The notes below the pieces were generated by a model, which saw only the letters and a list, made by a program, of their open reading frames with translations, was not told where the DNA came from and searched no databases. From NCBI GenBank assembly GCA_963707655.1, contig OY970172.1, forward strand, positions 480,001-544,000: 64,000 nt of DNA, read 5' to 3'. A program made the translations under genes and the position numbers. Origin of the DNA: an uncultured bacterium (GTDB lineage Bacteria; Babelota; Babeliae; Babelales; Vermiphilaceae). Shown in pieces: positions 9,243-19,776 of the stretch; the stretch's first letter is position 1, and the number at the start of each line of letters is the position of its first letter.

Positions 9243-9914
9243 GTGCATGACATGACTGAGCGTGAACGGGTGGAAAAAATTATCCATCTCTTGCGCAAAA
9301 ATACCGTTGGTATGGTCGATCCTGCATCTCTTTCTCTTATTAAAAAATTCGGTCACAATCCGTTTATTGTCCTGGTAGGCTGCATGCTCAGCCTCCGCAC
9401 TCAAGATAAAGTCTCTCTCCCTGCATCGCTCAGGCTCTTTGAGCACGCAAAAACTCCTCAAGAAATACTGTCACTCCCGCTCCATTCGCTAGAAAAACTG
9501 ATTTATCCGGTTGGTTTTTATCGTAATAAAGCAAAATATATTCATTTGACCTGCAAAAAGCTAATTCAAGATTTTAATGGCACAGTGCCACAAACACGAG
9601 ACGAGCTTCTTACATTGCCCGGCGTCGGACGCAAAACTGCCAATCTCGTTTTGGGAGAGGCATTTGGCATTCCGGCTATTTGTGTTGATACCCATGTGCA
9701 TAAAGTTTCTAATCGTTTGGGCATTGTAGCCACAACAACAGTTGAAGAAACAGAAGAAGCACTCATGAAAGTGCTTCCTGAAAAATATTGGATCGAATAC
9801 AATCGGCTTTTGGTTATGTGGGGGCAAAATGTTTGTTTGCCCATCTCGCCACTCTGTTCACAATGCGTTCTTTTGCCGCTCTGCCCGCAAAAAGGTGTTA
9901 TCCGCCACCGTTAA
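9243..9914 (+). CDS. nth: Endonuclease III
   Basis: HhH motif LPGVGRKTANLVL, VDTHV, and 4Fe-4S motif C-x6-C-x2-C-x5-C. Start may be the ATG at 9252. Confidence 0.95.
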   Translation: MHDMTERERVEKIIHLLRKNTVGMVDPASLSLIKKFGHNPFIVLVGCMLSLRTQDKVSLPASLRLFEHAKTPQEILSLPLHSLEKLIYPVGFYRNKAKYIHLTCKKLIQDFNGTVPQTRDELLTLPGVGRKTANLVLGEAFGIPAICVDTHVHKVSNRLGIVATTTVEETEEALMKVLPEKYWIEYNRLLVMWGQNVCLPISPLCSQCVLLPLCPQKGVIRHR

Positions 9915-9932
9915 CATGCTTATCTGCGATTC

Positions 9933-11636
9933 TTAAGATACTGTAGCGGCCTTGGCAAGCAATGCCTCAACAGTGAGGCCAAATTCCTGTTTGCCGTCTA
10001 GGTAACGTAGCGTAACGGTATTGTTTTCCACCTCTTTTTTGCCTATGACAATCATCCACGGCACTTTTTCAAGCTGTGCTGCTTTGATTTGCCCGGAAAT
10101 CTGATCAGTTGTCTCATTAAGTTCCACACGAATGCCGCGTGCCTTGAGCTGTTCCATGACAGTCTTGGCATAGGGCTTTTGTTCATCGGTAATGGTGAGA
10201 ATTTTGATTTGCACCGGAGCGAGCCAGAAAGGAAGGTTCCCTTTTAAATGCTCAAGCAAAATAGCAAAGAAGCGTTCAAACGAACCATAAATAGCACGGT
10301 GAATCATAACCGGGCGCTCTTTGTGGCCGCCTGAGGCGATATAGCTGAGGTCAAAGTTTTCTGGCTGGAAGAAATCGACCTGCACCGTGCCGCATTGCCA
10401 TTCGCGCCCCATCGAATCACGAATACCAAATTCAATCTTTGGTCCATAAAACGCGCCGTCACCTTCATTGATTTTGTACGGTATGCCGGCAGCGGTTAAC
10501 GCATTGCCCAAGGCATCGGTCGCTTTTTTCCACAATTCATCACTGCCCATTGCATTAGCCGGCTTGGTCGAAAGGCCAACATCTATCTGCTCAAAGCCAA
10601 ATTTTTTGAAAACTTCCATGTTTAACTTAATTGCTTGCAATACCTCTTGCTCAATTTGTTCCGGCGTACAATAAATGTGACCGTCATCAATAGTAAATGC
10701 GCGCACTCTAAATAAGCCATGCAAAACGCCTGAAAGTTCAAAGCGATGCACAAGCCCAAATTCTGCCAGTCGCAGTGGCAACTCTTTGTATGAGCGTGGC
10801 CGTTCTTTATAAATCAGAATAGAGCCGGGGCAGTTCATTGGCTTGATGGCGTATTGTTTATCTTCAATGCATGAGAAATACATATTATCTTTATAGTGAG
10901 CATAATGCCCTGATTGGCGCCAAAGCTCATCAGAAAGCATCATAGGGGTTTGTATTTCTACGTAGCCGGCTTTTTCAAGCAACCCGCGCAAATAGTGCAC
11001 GAGTGTATTTAAAACTGCTTTTCCTTTGGGATGAAAGAAGGGAAAGCCAACTCCCTCTTCATGAAATGAAAAGAGATCAAGTTGCTTGCCCAGGCGACGG
11101 TGATCGTAACGCATGGCATCTTCAACCTGTTGTTCATAGGTTTTAAGAGCAGCTTCTGTTTCAAATGCGGTGCCGGTAATACGCTGAAGCGCCTGGTTAC
11201 TTTTATCAGCGCGCCAATATGAGCCGGAAATATTCAATAATTTATAATATTTAATATCGCCGGTTGCATGAACGTGACCCCCTTTGCACAAATCATAGAA
11301 GTCGCCTTGGCGTGCAATGCCAACGGTTTCGCCAGGGATGCCATCAATCAATTCAAGCTTGTAGGGATTATTTTTATACAGCTCACGCGCCTTTTCTTTG
11401 CTCATCTGCTCATGAGTGATAGGCAGGTTGCGTTTTTCAATTTCACGCATTCTGGCTTCAATCAATGGCAGATCAGTTTCTTTAAAGTTTTTTTCAGGTA
11501 AGAAATCATAAAAAAAACCTTGCGGCGTTGCCGGCCCAATAGTAAGCAGTGTTTGTGGAAAAAGCTCATGAATAGCATGAGCGAGTAGATGAGCGGCTGA
11601 GTGGCGCAATATTTCTAGATCAATGTTCGATTTCAT
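9933..11636 (-). CDS. thrS: Threonyl-tRNA synthetase (short form without the N-terminal TGS domain)
   Basis: RHSAAHLLA, DLCKGGHV, DHRRLG, KPMNCP, AFYGPKI, HRAIYGS.ERF. Confidence 0.97.
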   Translation of the reverse strand: MKSNIDLEILRHSAAHLLAHAIHELFPQTLLTIGPATPQGFFYDFLPEKNFKETDLPLIEARMREIEKRNLPITHEQMSKEKARELYKNNPYKLELIDGIPGETVGIARQGDFYDLCKGGHVHATGDIKYYKLLNISGSYWRADKSNQALQRITGTAFETEAALKTYEQQVEDAMRYDHRRLGKQLDLFSFHEEGVGFPFFHPKGKAVLNTLVHYLRGLLEKAGYVEIQTPMMLSDELWRQSGHYAHYKDNMYFSCIEDKQYAIKPMNCPGSILIYKERPRSYKELPLRLAEFGLVHRFELSGVLHGLFRVRAFTIDDGHIYCTPEQIEQEVLQAIKLNMEVFKKFGFEQIDVGLSTKPANAMGSDELWKKATDALGNALTAAGIPYKINEGDGAFYGPKIEFGIRDSMGREWQCGTVQVDFFQPENFDLSYIASGGHKERPVMIHRAIYGSFERFFAILLEHLKGNLPFWLAPVQIKILTITDEQKPYAKTVMEQLKARGIRVELNETTDQISGQIKAAQLEKVPWMIVIGKKEVENNTVTLRYLDGKQEFGLTVEALLAKAATVS

Positions 11637-11686
11637 AATAGTTCATTCCTTGGCGGGAAAAAATAATAACTCTTTTATAAGAGTAG

Positions 11687-11715
11687 GGTACTATAAATCT
11701 GCTTTTCTGCCTAGC
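11687..11715 (-). repeat. 29-bp direct repeat copy 1 (promoter-like, upstream of thrS)
   Basis: ggtactataaatctgcttttctgcctagc; 27/29 identical to 15087-15115. Confidence 0.75.
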
Positions 11716-11934
11716 GGGTCATTCCTGTATCGCAGATTTTGATGAACCATGACGCCTGAGTATATTCAGGGATGTTATGAGTAACTTGCAACGCTTGCCC
11801 AGCATTATTCAGAACGTTAATTTTTTTGGCCGGCCAACAACAAGTTCTGTGTCTGCAAGTATCAGATTATTTGTTAAAATAAACATTAACACTAAAATAT
11901 TTTTATAGTTATACACAATTACCTCCACTCAGGT

Positions 11935-12381
11935 TTAATAAGTAAAAACAGATTTTTTATCCTGTAATTTTACTGTCTGTTTTTTCATAGTTGCTATCAG
12001 ATTTAGTACCCAGTTTGAGCAATGTTTTAATCGTATTATAACGCTTGAGTAGCATTGTCCATAAAAACGGGGACTTGTTATCTTTTTCTTGATTAATGTT
12101 AGCGCATCAAGCACAGCTTGCCTCATTTTTTCTGAAGTCTCAGCTTCTGTGTCTTGATCTAATGTATCTTGAAACGAATTAATTTTTTTAAATTTAATGA
12201 TAGCTTCGGTTTGTTCTGGTACAATCCAATTAATGTTTACGGAATTAATGTGTAAAGAATGCTCGGTATTGTTTATTATATTAATAGTGTTTGTTGAACC
12301 GCTGGAACTATCAGCATTAATAAACTTCACATTCGTTAATAAGATAAATGCGGATATCAAAATATTTTTATAACTATACAT
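11935..12381 (-). CDS. Hypothetical secreted protein
   Basis: Signal-peptide-like start; INIINNTEHSLHI motif shared with the 12902 gene. Confidence 0.6.
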   Translation of the reverse strand: MYSYKNILISAFILLTNVKFINADSSSGSTNTINIINNTEHSLHINSVNINWIVPEQTEAIIKFKKINSFQDTLDQDTEAETSEKMRQAVLDALTLIKKKITSPRFYGQCYSSVIIRLKHCSNWVLNLIATMKKQTVKLQDKKSVFTY

Positions 12382-12422
12382 AACTAAACTCCATTCAAAA
12401 ATAAATTAATAAAAATCTATAC

Positions 12423-12821
12423 TCACTGTATATATAGGTCATATGAACCAACAGACTGGCCATATAATGGCATCATTTCTACCGTTACAAGTGTTTTTTG
12501 TTCTACAGAAGCGGGTTGTAAGTCATGTTTAGACAGTATAGTTTCTTCTATCGTGGGAGTTTCTAATTTGGCTATAACTCGCTCAACAGGAGCACTTGAA
12601 GTAATAAGTTTTTTATGCTCAACGCTTTTATTTTTTTTATATATAAGGGCAGCTATACCAGCAATCGTAGCCACTAATAAAGAGGCAGCGACAATATTAT
12701 GTTGATTAGCAGCGGCATTGTAGAATGATTTAGCATAATCTACCGGGTTTGTAGCATGAATTAATGAAGCTTGCATCAAGCACAGCGCTACAATAAAAGA
12801 AGTTATTTGTTTACGTATCAT
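12423..12821 (-). CDS. Hypothetical secreted/membrane protein
   Basis: Signal peptide MIRKQITSFIVALCLMQASLIHA plus one TM; start moved to 12821, which follows a GGAG RBS. Confidence 0.6.
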   Translation of the reverse strand: MIRKQITSFIVALCLMQASLIHATNPVDYAKSFYNAAANQHNIVAASLLVATIAGIAALIYKKNKSVEHKKLITSSAPVERVIAKLETPTIEETILSKHDLQPASVEQKTLVTVEMMPLYGQSVGSYDLYIQ

Positions 12822-12901
12822 AATTAGATCTCCATTTGATAGTTGCTGCATTTATTGTGAGCAAAAAGCAGACAATAAATGCAGCAAATAAAACTAATAA
12901 A

Positions 12902-13291
12902 TTATGCAGCACCACAAGTAATCAAATACTTAACAGCATTGATTTTTTCTAATTCAATTGCGAATACCAATGGTCGTCGACCACCAACTTCTTGATTAAT
13001 GTTTGCGCCTAGGCGTATAGCTTCTTGTATGCCTTTAATAGAATCATTAACGATGGCTTCTAGTAAAAGATTTTGCGCTGACTTAAGATTTACAAGTTGT
13101 GCAATAATCATTGCTTTGGTGTGTGCAGGTACTGTTTGTGTGATGCTGAATGTGTTATTAGCATTTTTAGCGGAAATATGAAGCGATTGATCGCAATCAT
13201 TAACAATATCAATGGCTTGTTTTTGATTGTTAGCATAACTCGCTGTAGCGCTAAGAAGTAATATAGTTGAAAAAATATGCTTAATTTGCAT
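12902..13291 (-). CDS. Secreted protein with a C-terminal ankyrin-like repeat
   Basis: Signal peptide; IRLGANIN....RPLVFAIE....AVKYLITCGA; GGAGG RBS before the ATG at 13291. Confidence 0.7.
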   Translation of the reverse strand: MQIKHIFSTILLLSATASYANNQKQAIDIVNDCDQSLHISAKNANNTFSITQTVPAHTKAMIIAQLVNLKSAQNLLLEAIVNDSIKGIQEAIRLGANINQEVGGRRPLVFAIELEKINAVKYLITCGAA

Positions 13292-13744
13292 ATTGGCCTC
13301 CAAGATAATTAATATTAGTTGAATATAAAAACATCATAATATCAATTTAAATCACAATAAAAATTGTGTCAAACAAGAAATATAAAAAATAATTATACGC
13401 ATTTTAAAATTCAATATGAAACATTGCGGTCAGAAGGGGTTCCTTGGGGATTGGGTTCCTCAATAAATTATTAAAGAACATTGTAAACAACCCAACCGCA
13501 TGCTATATGACTTTGTTTCGCTTTTTCACCGAGTTTTATCACAATGCTTTCTCCCCCGTATTTTATCCTGGGTTACCGGTTTTTATAGCACATTGATCTT
13601 GTCCCCTGCCTCAGTGAAATCTGTTTCTTTAGCCCCATGAGGGGAAATGGGTACGGCAAACCGTTGAGACTTCTTGCCAGATTGTAATATAATTAAGGTA
13701 TAAAGCTTAAATTAAACATTTTTATATGAGTCAGGATATTACTT

Positions 13745-14314
13745 ATGAAGAAATTATTATTAATTATTCTTTACGTTGCGCCATTATTTGGAAAACAACT
13801 TGAAATAGGGCAAGAAGTTGTTGCTCAATTGAAGCAAGATGTTGAGTATGCAGAAGATTATGCACGGTTAAATCCAGATCCAACTGCTAGCCACAGAAGC
13901 GAAGTGCAAAAAATACAACAGCAGATACAGGCATTACAAACGCAACAAAATAGGAAAAAAAAGACAAAAGCGCCGAGCCCTGTGTCGACATACGCTACTG
14001 AGCAAGCACTGATCACAGCTCATGAGCAAAAAATAGTTAAATTACAACAGCAATTTGATCAACAAATGAATGCATTGAAGCAGCAAAATGAACGCGAAAT
14101 GACAACCTATAAACAGCAACAGGGTGCTCTGCAAAAGCAAGAAGAAGATTATAAAACGCAACTGGAAGCTTTGCAGAAAAGGATTGAAGAGCTTGACGCA
14201 GAATTCGCTGAAAAGAAGCATGCATTCGAAACCGCTCAGGCAGCTGTAAAAAAAGCAAAAGAAGCATATAATGAAGCGCTTAAAAAATATCATATTAACG
14301 CTCCAACCTTGTAA
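13745..14314 (+). CDS. Secreted coiled-coil protein
   Basis: Signal peptide; Q/E/K-rich heptad pattern; basic RKKKTK patch. Confidence 0.7.
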   Translation: MKKLLLIILYVAPLFGKQLEIGQEVVAQLKQDVEYAEDYARLNPDPTASHRSEVQKIQQQIQALQTQQNRKKKTKAPSPVSTYATEQALITAHEQKIVKLQQQFDQQMNALKQQNEREMTTYKQQQGALQKQEEDYKTQLEALQKRIEELDAEFAEKKHAFETAQAAVKKAKEAYNEALKKYHINAPTL

Positions 14315-14390
14315 GCATAACATGGGCATCTTCACCGGCTGAGCGATGTTATCTTTTAAAGCATTGTGATCGAGAGTATATCGGCAAGCT

Positions 14391-15044
14391 TTAATCCTGC
14401 TTTTTCAGAAGATCATAGATTTCTTTCCTTGTTGCTACAAGAGCATACGGCTCTTTGGTGAATTTTTCAGCCAGCTGCAATGCAGAAAGGCCAATATGAT
14501 GCGCACGCTGAAAAGCCTGTATTTTTTCATCCGCTTCCACTTGCCCACAGCGACTTAAAAGGACGCAACCAACAACGCGAAGATTATCCGATTCAGCAGC
14601 TATTTCTTCTAATTTAATATCGCTCTCGGCAACATTAGATGCATAGCGGATCTTTTTCATTTTGTCGGCACCGGCGGCAAGTAATATTTTAACACATTCT
14701 AAATTGCCTTGATCAACCGCTTCTTGCAGCGGAGTATGATAGCTCGCCATTACTGTGTCATTAATTTGCTTTTTATACCTTGGGTAGTAGCGGTCAAAAT
14801 CACTAAGATTTTCTTTTGCTGCCAATTTGTGCTTTAACCACCAGGCACAATCTGCATGGGCTAAATATAAATAATCGGTTCTTATGGTGAGCTTTGGGCA
14901 GATGTAGGAGCCTACAGTGTATGCAATGGCGGAAAGATCGTTGCAGCAGCCGACCTCGATTGCCTCTGCTTCATGGTCATCCATAGCGAACAGTGGCATG
15001 GAGACAAATGTTGATAAGGCGAGTATTAAAAGATTTTTTTTCAT
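14391..15044 (-). CDS. Secreted ankyrin-repeat protein
   Basis: Signal peptide ending LFA-MDD; TPLQEAVDQGNLECVKILLAAGAD. Confidence 0.8.
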   Translation of the reverse strand: MKKNLLILALSTFVSMPLFAMDDHEAEAIEVGCCNDLSAIAYTVGSYICPKLTIRTDYLYLAHADCAWWLKHKLAAKENLSDFDRYYPRYKKQINDTVMASYHTPLQEAVDQGNLECVKILLAAGADKMKKIRYASNVAESDIKLEEIAAESDNLRVVGCVLLSRCGQVEADEKIQAFQRAHHIGLSALQLAEKFTKEPYALVATRKEIYDLLKKQD

Positions 15045-15086
15045 GAATCTTCCTTTGAAAAAATGATAGCTTAATTTGCGCTCAAT

Positions 15087-15115
15087 GGTACTATAAATCT
15101 CTTTTTCTGCCTAGC
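15087..15115 (-). repeat. 29-bp direct repeat copy 2 (promoter-like, upstream of the ankyrin gene)
   Basis: ggtactataaatctctttttctgcctagc. Confidence 0.75.
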
Positions 15116-15129
15116 AAATTTCCTTATCA

Positions 15130-15166
15130 AAAAGAGAAGAGGCACTGTTAATAGTGCCTCTTCTTT
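15130..15166 (-). terminator. Rho-independent terminator after the aquaporin gene
   Basis: AAGAGGCACT-gttaat-AGTGCCTCTT hairpin with flanking A/T runs. Confidence 0.75.
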
Positions 15167-15192
15167 ATACTGCGCGTTTAGTTTTTTGTTAT

Positions 15193-15806
15193 TTAGCGCT
15201 GACTTGCCGGCAGAAAATAATGATATGCCAAGGCTGCTAAATAGCCGCCTAAAAATGCACCGCCAACATACATCAGCAGATTCATCAACATAAGACCTTT
15301 GCCGCTTATCAGACCGAAAAATGCAGCGCCCAATGCTATGGCAGGATTAAATAATCCTCCTGAAATTGGCCCGCCCAGAGCCGCAAGCGCCGGAATGGTA
15401 AAGCCGATAGCAAGACCATATATATGGCTGGCATGTTTTGAAACCGCCACATTTAATATTACCGATGCTAAAACGAAAGCCAATAAAATTTCCACACCAA
15501 AAGCTTGTAGTAATGATGCGTGTGGTGCCGGAAGCGCCACATTGCCTTGTAAAAATGCAGCCATAAGAAATGCGCCAAGGCCGCCGCACACTTGTGCCGC
15601 TACGTAATGAGGAAACTCTTTCCATTTCAAATTCCCACTCAATGCGACCGCCAATGAGACCATAGGATTATAGTCGGCCCGGAAACATACCCGCCGATGT
15701 AGACCCATGCCATAAGCATTGCTGCTATTGCTATTGCATTGCCGGTCATGACAATGGTAAGCACAAAAAAGAATGTGCCGACACATTCCATTACTATTTT
15801 CTTCAT
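15193..15806 (-). pseudogene. MIP/aquaporin family channel with one frameshift near 15678 (probably a sequence error)
   Basis: N-part MKKIVMECVGTFFFVL..YVSG in one frame; YNPMVSLA...SGGLFNPA in another; adding one base in the short G run restores the frame. Confidence 0.8.
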
Positions 15807-15986
15807 ACGTCTCCTTTTGAGATGGTGAAAAGATTTAATCAAAAAAATCTAATCATCAACCATTGTTCAAAGTCAACACTTTTACCAAGCATTTCAAGAA
15901 GCAGAAAACAATTTGACCCTCTCAACAAAAAAATGTTACGCTCACCCTTGAAAAGATGAGTAATAGAATCACCAAAGGATAATAGT

Positions 15987-16304
15987 ATGAAAAAAAGCAT
16001 CATAGTAGTCTCATTATTGACCTGCTCTATTGGTGCAATGGATACGGCCAAAACAGAAAAAACAACCCCGAAATCTTGCACAACAGGCACGCTGAACCAT
16101 GTATCCGGCAAGAATACTATCCAACAGACATCACTTCTTATTGCCGCCTTTGATGCTAAGCTTACGCATGTCCCTATGAAAAAAGATGAAAAGGGCAACT
16201 ACCTTGTCCCTCACTACAAGAATCCCAAGCAAATTTTGAGCATCGATCCGCAATTGGCAGACAAAGCAATAACGATCATATACCCCGATAGCCCGCGCAT
16301 ATAA
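15987..16304 (+). CDS. Hypothetical secreted protein
   Basis: AAGGA RBS; signal peptide MKKSIIVVSLLTCSIGA-MD. Confidence 0.7.
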   Translation: MKKSIIVVSLLTCSIGAMDTAKTEKTTPKSCTTGTLNHVSGKNTIQQTSLLIAAFDAKLTHVPMKKDEKGNYLVPHYKNPKQILSIDPQLADKAITIIYPDSPRI

Positions 16305-16320
16305 CCCAAGGATAAATAAT

Positions 16321-17116
16321 ATGAAAAAAATTATCATAGTCATCTTATTGCTGACCTGCTCTATCGGTGCAATGGATGATAGCAGCGAACAAGAAATGGT
16401 TACCCTAGATTCCAATCCGGCAGAATTGACGAGTGAAACCCCCTGTCGTAGTATCAAATACATTTCATTTCTCTATGGAATTATGACGCATAGTGTGGAA
16501 AAAGGTGTTGTGGCTCAGACCCTTGCTATTCCACATTACTATGATGGCCAGAAACGCGTGACCATCACCTTGCCTGAGGTGGGACACATATTACTCGCAC
16601 ACCATTATAATGAAACCCTAACAGCTGCCTACCTCGCAGCTTGCTTTGTCTCACCAGTACGCATGCGCGGCGATTACCTCCCCCTTTTTAGACACAATGG
16701 AAAAAAACAATGAACAGAAGAATATCATTGAACGCTACAAAGCTCGCTATGCTTATTGGGATACACACAGCGAAGCCACTCTGTTGGCTGCGCACGCCGT
16801 GTTTAACGAGTGGACGGAAAATGCTGCGAGGCCGAATGAACTAAACGCCATTAATGGCTATCGCTATCCTTCTAACATGAGAAAACTACCAAGATTAATC
16901 GCGAAATTACAAGGGCAGGCGCATGAAAATAAACCGATAGATACGATCATGGAAACTTTTGATAGCATAAACAAATTCAGCGACTACGAATTTGCACGAT
17001 ATAACCCCTTGGATGAGGGGAAATATGACATAGCGACTATCAAACAACGCGTACGCCATGAGTTAGCAAAAAAAATTAACCCTTCAAATAACAACGCCTG
17101 CTGCACTATTCTTTAA
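16321..17116 (+). CDS. Hypothetical secreted protein, probably one gene split by a frameshift near 16680-16710
   Basis: Signal peptide nearly identical to the 15987 gene; ORFs 16321-16713 and 16646-17116 overlap across C/T/A homopolymers; C-terminus ends ACCTIL. Confidence 0.55.
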
Positions 17117-17124
17117 AAGGTTGA

Positions 17125-17589
17125 TCAAATCACACATCCTTCGCTGCGCAACAATTGTATCTTTTTTTCAATACCGCCGGTATAGCCACCCAAAGCACCA
17201 TTTTTGCGCATAATGCGGTGACAGGGAATAAAAGAAGGAATTTGATTATCACCGAGCGCATTTGCCACGGCGCGCCATGCATTTGGGCGCCCTACCGCAT
17301 GTGCTAATTCTTGATACGTGATTGTCTTACCGACCGGTATGGCAAGCGTCTTGTGCCATACTTGTATCTGAAACTGCGTGCCTACCAACACCACCTGTGT
17401 TATAGCAGCCGTTGCAAACGGAATTGTTTCTTCCAACGCAGTATTATCGATAAATACGGCACGATGCACGCCCAGCGTGGTGGCAAAAACGTGTAAGATT
17501 CCTGCGGCAGTTTGATAGTAATAAGAAAAAACTTTATTGCGCTGTAGATGACGCTCAAATTCTTGGGCGGTAAATACACTAATATTCAT
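17125..17589 (-). CDS. ogt: Methylated-DNA-protein-cysteine methyltransferase
   Basis: GT.FQ..VW, IP.G.T.TY..LA, RAVANA, active site PCHR. Confidence 0.93.
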   Translation of the reverse strand: MNISVFTAQEFERHLQRNKVFSYYYQTAAGILHVFATTLGVHRAVFIDNTALEETIPFATAAITQVVLVGTQFQIQVWHKTLAIPVGKTITYQELAHAVGRPNAWRAVANALGDNQIPSFIPCHRIMRKNGALGGYTGGIEKKIQLLRSEGCVI

Positions 17590-17766
17590 AAATATAAATC
17601 CTCACTCGCCTCGCGCGCCTTCCGGCATAAAAAATGTATAAAACATTCACGCTCTTATTTTAACACAAAAAGCCGCTTCATAACACGAACAATTTACAAA
17701 ACAAGACACATCTCTTACACTTAATCTAAACTACTTTTACCCCCATAAATAATGCATTAAAAAACT

Positions 17767-19597
17767 ATGGATTTGAAAAAGATCGACCTTAAAGAATTCA
17801 CCCCGGACCGTGCAGAAATTTTTCTATTATTGCCCATATCGATCATGGCAAATCAACGCTATCTGACCGCTTCTTGAAGTGACCGGCACCCTTATCCGAT
17901 CGCGTAAAACATGAACAGTTTCTTGATAAACTGCAGGTGGAAAAAGAGCGCGGCATTACCGTAAAAGCACAAACTGCCTCAATGTTTTATGAGTATAAAG
18001 GCGTAACCTATCTTCTAAATTTGATTGATACTCCCGGCCACGTTGATTTCAGCTATGAAGTTTCTCGCTCACTCTATGCCTGCCAAGGAGCATTGCTTCT
18101 GGTGGATGCAGCTCAGGGAGTGCAGGCACAAACCATGGCAAATTTTTATCTTGCATTTGATCAAGATCTAACCATTATTCCGGTTATTAATAAAATTGAT
18201 ATGGCCAATGCGCAGATCCAGAACGAGTTACTAAGCAGATTGAAAACTTATTTGATTTTCAAGCCAGAAGAAGATTGCTCAAGCTTCGGCAAAAACTGGC
18301 ATTGGCATGCATGAAATTTTAAAGCAGTTATCAAACGAATTCCTGCACCAAAAGGCAACCTGCAAGCACCACTTAAAGCACTGCTTTTTGATTCATGGTT
18401 TGATGAATATCGCGGCGTTATCTGTTTGATTGCGATGCAAAGATGGCATCATTAAAAAAGGTGACATAATTACCCTTGCGCAAATGACAAGTGAACTATG
18501 AAGTGCTTGAACTTGGTCTAATGTATCCTGATGAAGCACCCATGGATGCACTGTATGCGGGCCAAGTTGGTTACTTGATTACCGGCATGAAAACGGTAAA
18601 AGAAGCACGTGTTGGTGATACCTATATATCATACCAAAAAACCGGTCACGCCATTTCCTGGATTTAAACCAGCAAAGCCGATGGTATTTGCCGGTATTTA
18701 TCCCGTAGAAAATTCAGAATTTGAACTATTGCGCGATGCAATTGAAAAATTAACACTCAATGATGCAAGCGTAACTGTTGAAAAGAAAACATCTGCTGCA
18801 CTTGGTCTTGGTTTCCGATGTGGATTTTTGGGATTGTTGCACATGGATGTATTCAAACAACGTCTTGAACAAGAATATAATATTACGGTTATTGCAACCG
18901 CACCAAGCGTACTATATAAAGTAAAATTGACCACATACAGGTGAAATAGTTGATATTGAAAACCCATCAGATTTTCCTGAGCCAAATCAAATCGAAGAAA
19001 TTTTTGAACCGATTATCAATGCCACCATTATTGTACCAAAACAATATTTGGGCAATATTATTAAGCTGTGTGAAGAAAAGCGTGGCAAACAAATTGATAT
19101 GAGCTATCTTGATGAAGATCGCGTTATCTTGAAATACAAACTTCCACTCAATGAAGTTGCTACCGATTTTTATGATCAACTCAAATCGCTCAGTTCCGGA
19201 TATGCAAGCTTTGATTATGAAGAAGCAGGCTATCGAACCGGCAGATTTGGTTAAAATGGATATTTTGCTCAATGGTAAAGCAGTTGATGCACTTTCATGC
19301 TATTGTGCATGAAGATAAAGCATATTATATTGGCCGAGATTTTGCCGAACGTCTTGCGAAAAGCTAATTCCGCGCCAACTTTTTGAAGTTGCCATTCAAG
19401 CAGCTATTGGCGCAAAAATTATTGCGCGCGAAAGCATTTCTGCCTTGCGCAAAGACGTAACGGCAAAATGTTATGGCGGTGATATTTCCCGTAAACGTAA
19501 ATTGCTTGAAAAACAAAAAGAAGGTAAAAAGCGAATGAAACAAGTGGGCAATGTTGAAGTTCCACAAGAAGCATTTTTGAGCATTTTGAAAAAATAA
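17767..19597 (+). pseudogene. lepA: Elongation factor 4 (LepA) with about ten or more frameshifts
   Basis: Fragments in changing frames: [71 protein letters not shown]. Confidence 0.92.
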
Positions 19598-19776
19598 ATG
19601 AGCATCCATACGAAATATGTTTTTCCTGCTTGAGTAACATTGATAAGTGCCCACTATGTAGGGGGAAATTTAAAGTAATTGGCACACGCTGCATGTTTAC
19701 TGCACGATTATTGATACAGAGACTACACCGTCATTTAAAATGAGCCATTTTTAAATAATTTTTAAAAGAGGTAAAC

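Noticed and set aside
11637..11934. T-box or attenuator upstream of thrS
   Set aside because: No T-box consensus or terminator/antiterminator pair visible.
13400..13680. Possible gene or transposon remnant
   Set aside because: The frames I read are interrupted by stops and show no recognisable motif.
17767..19597. Programmed frameshifting or alternative genetic code in lepA
   Set aside because: Too many indels in both directions without consistent slippery sites; other genes read normally in code 11.
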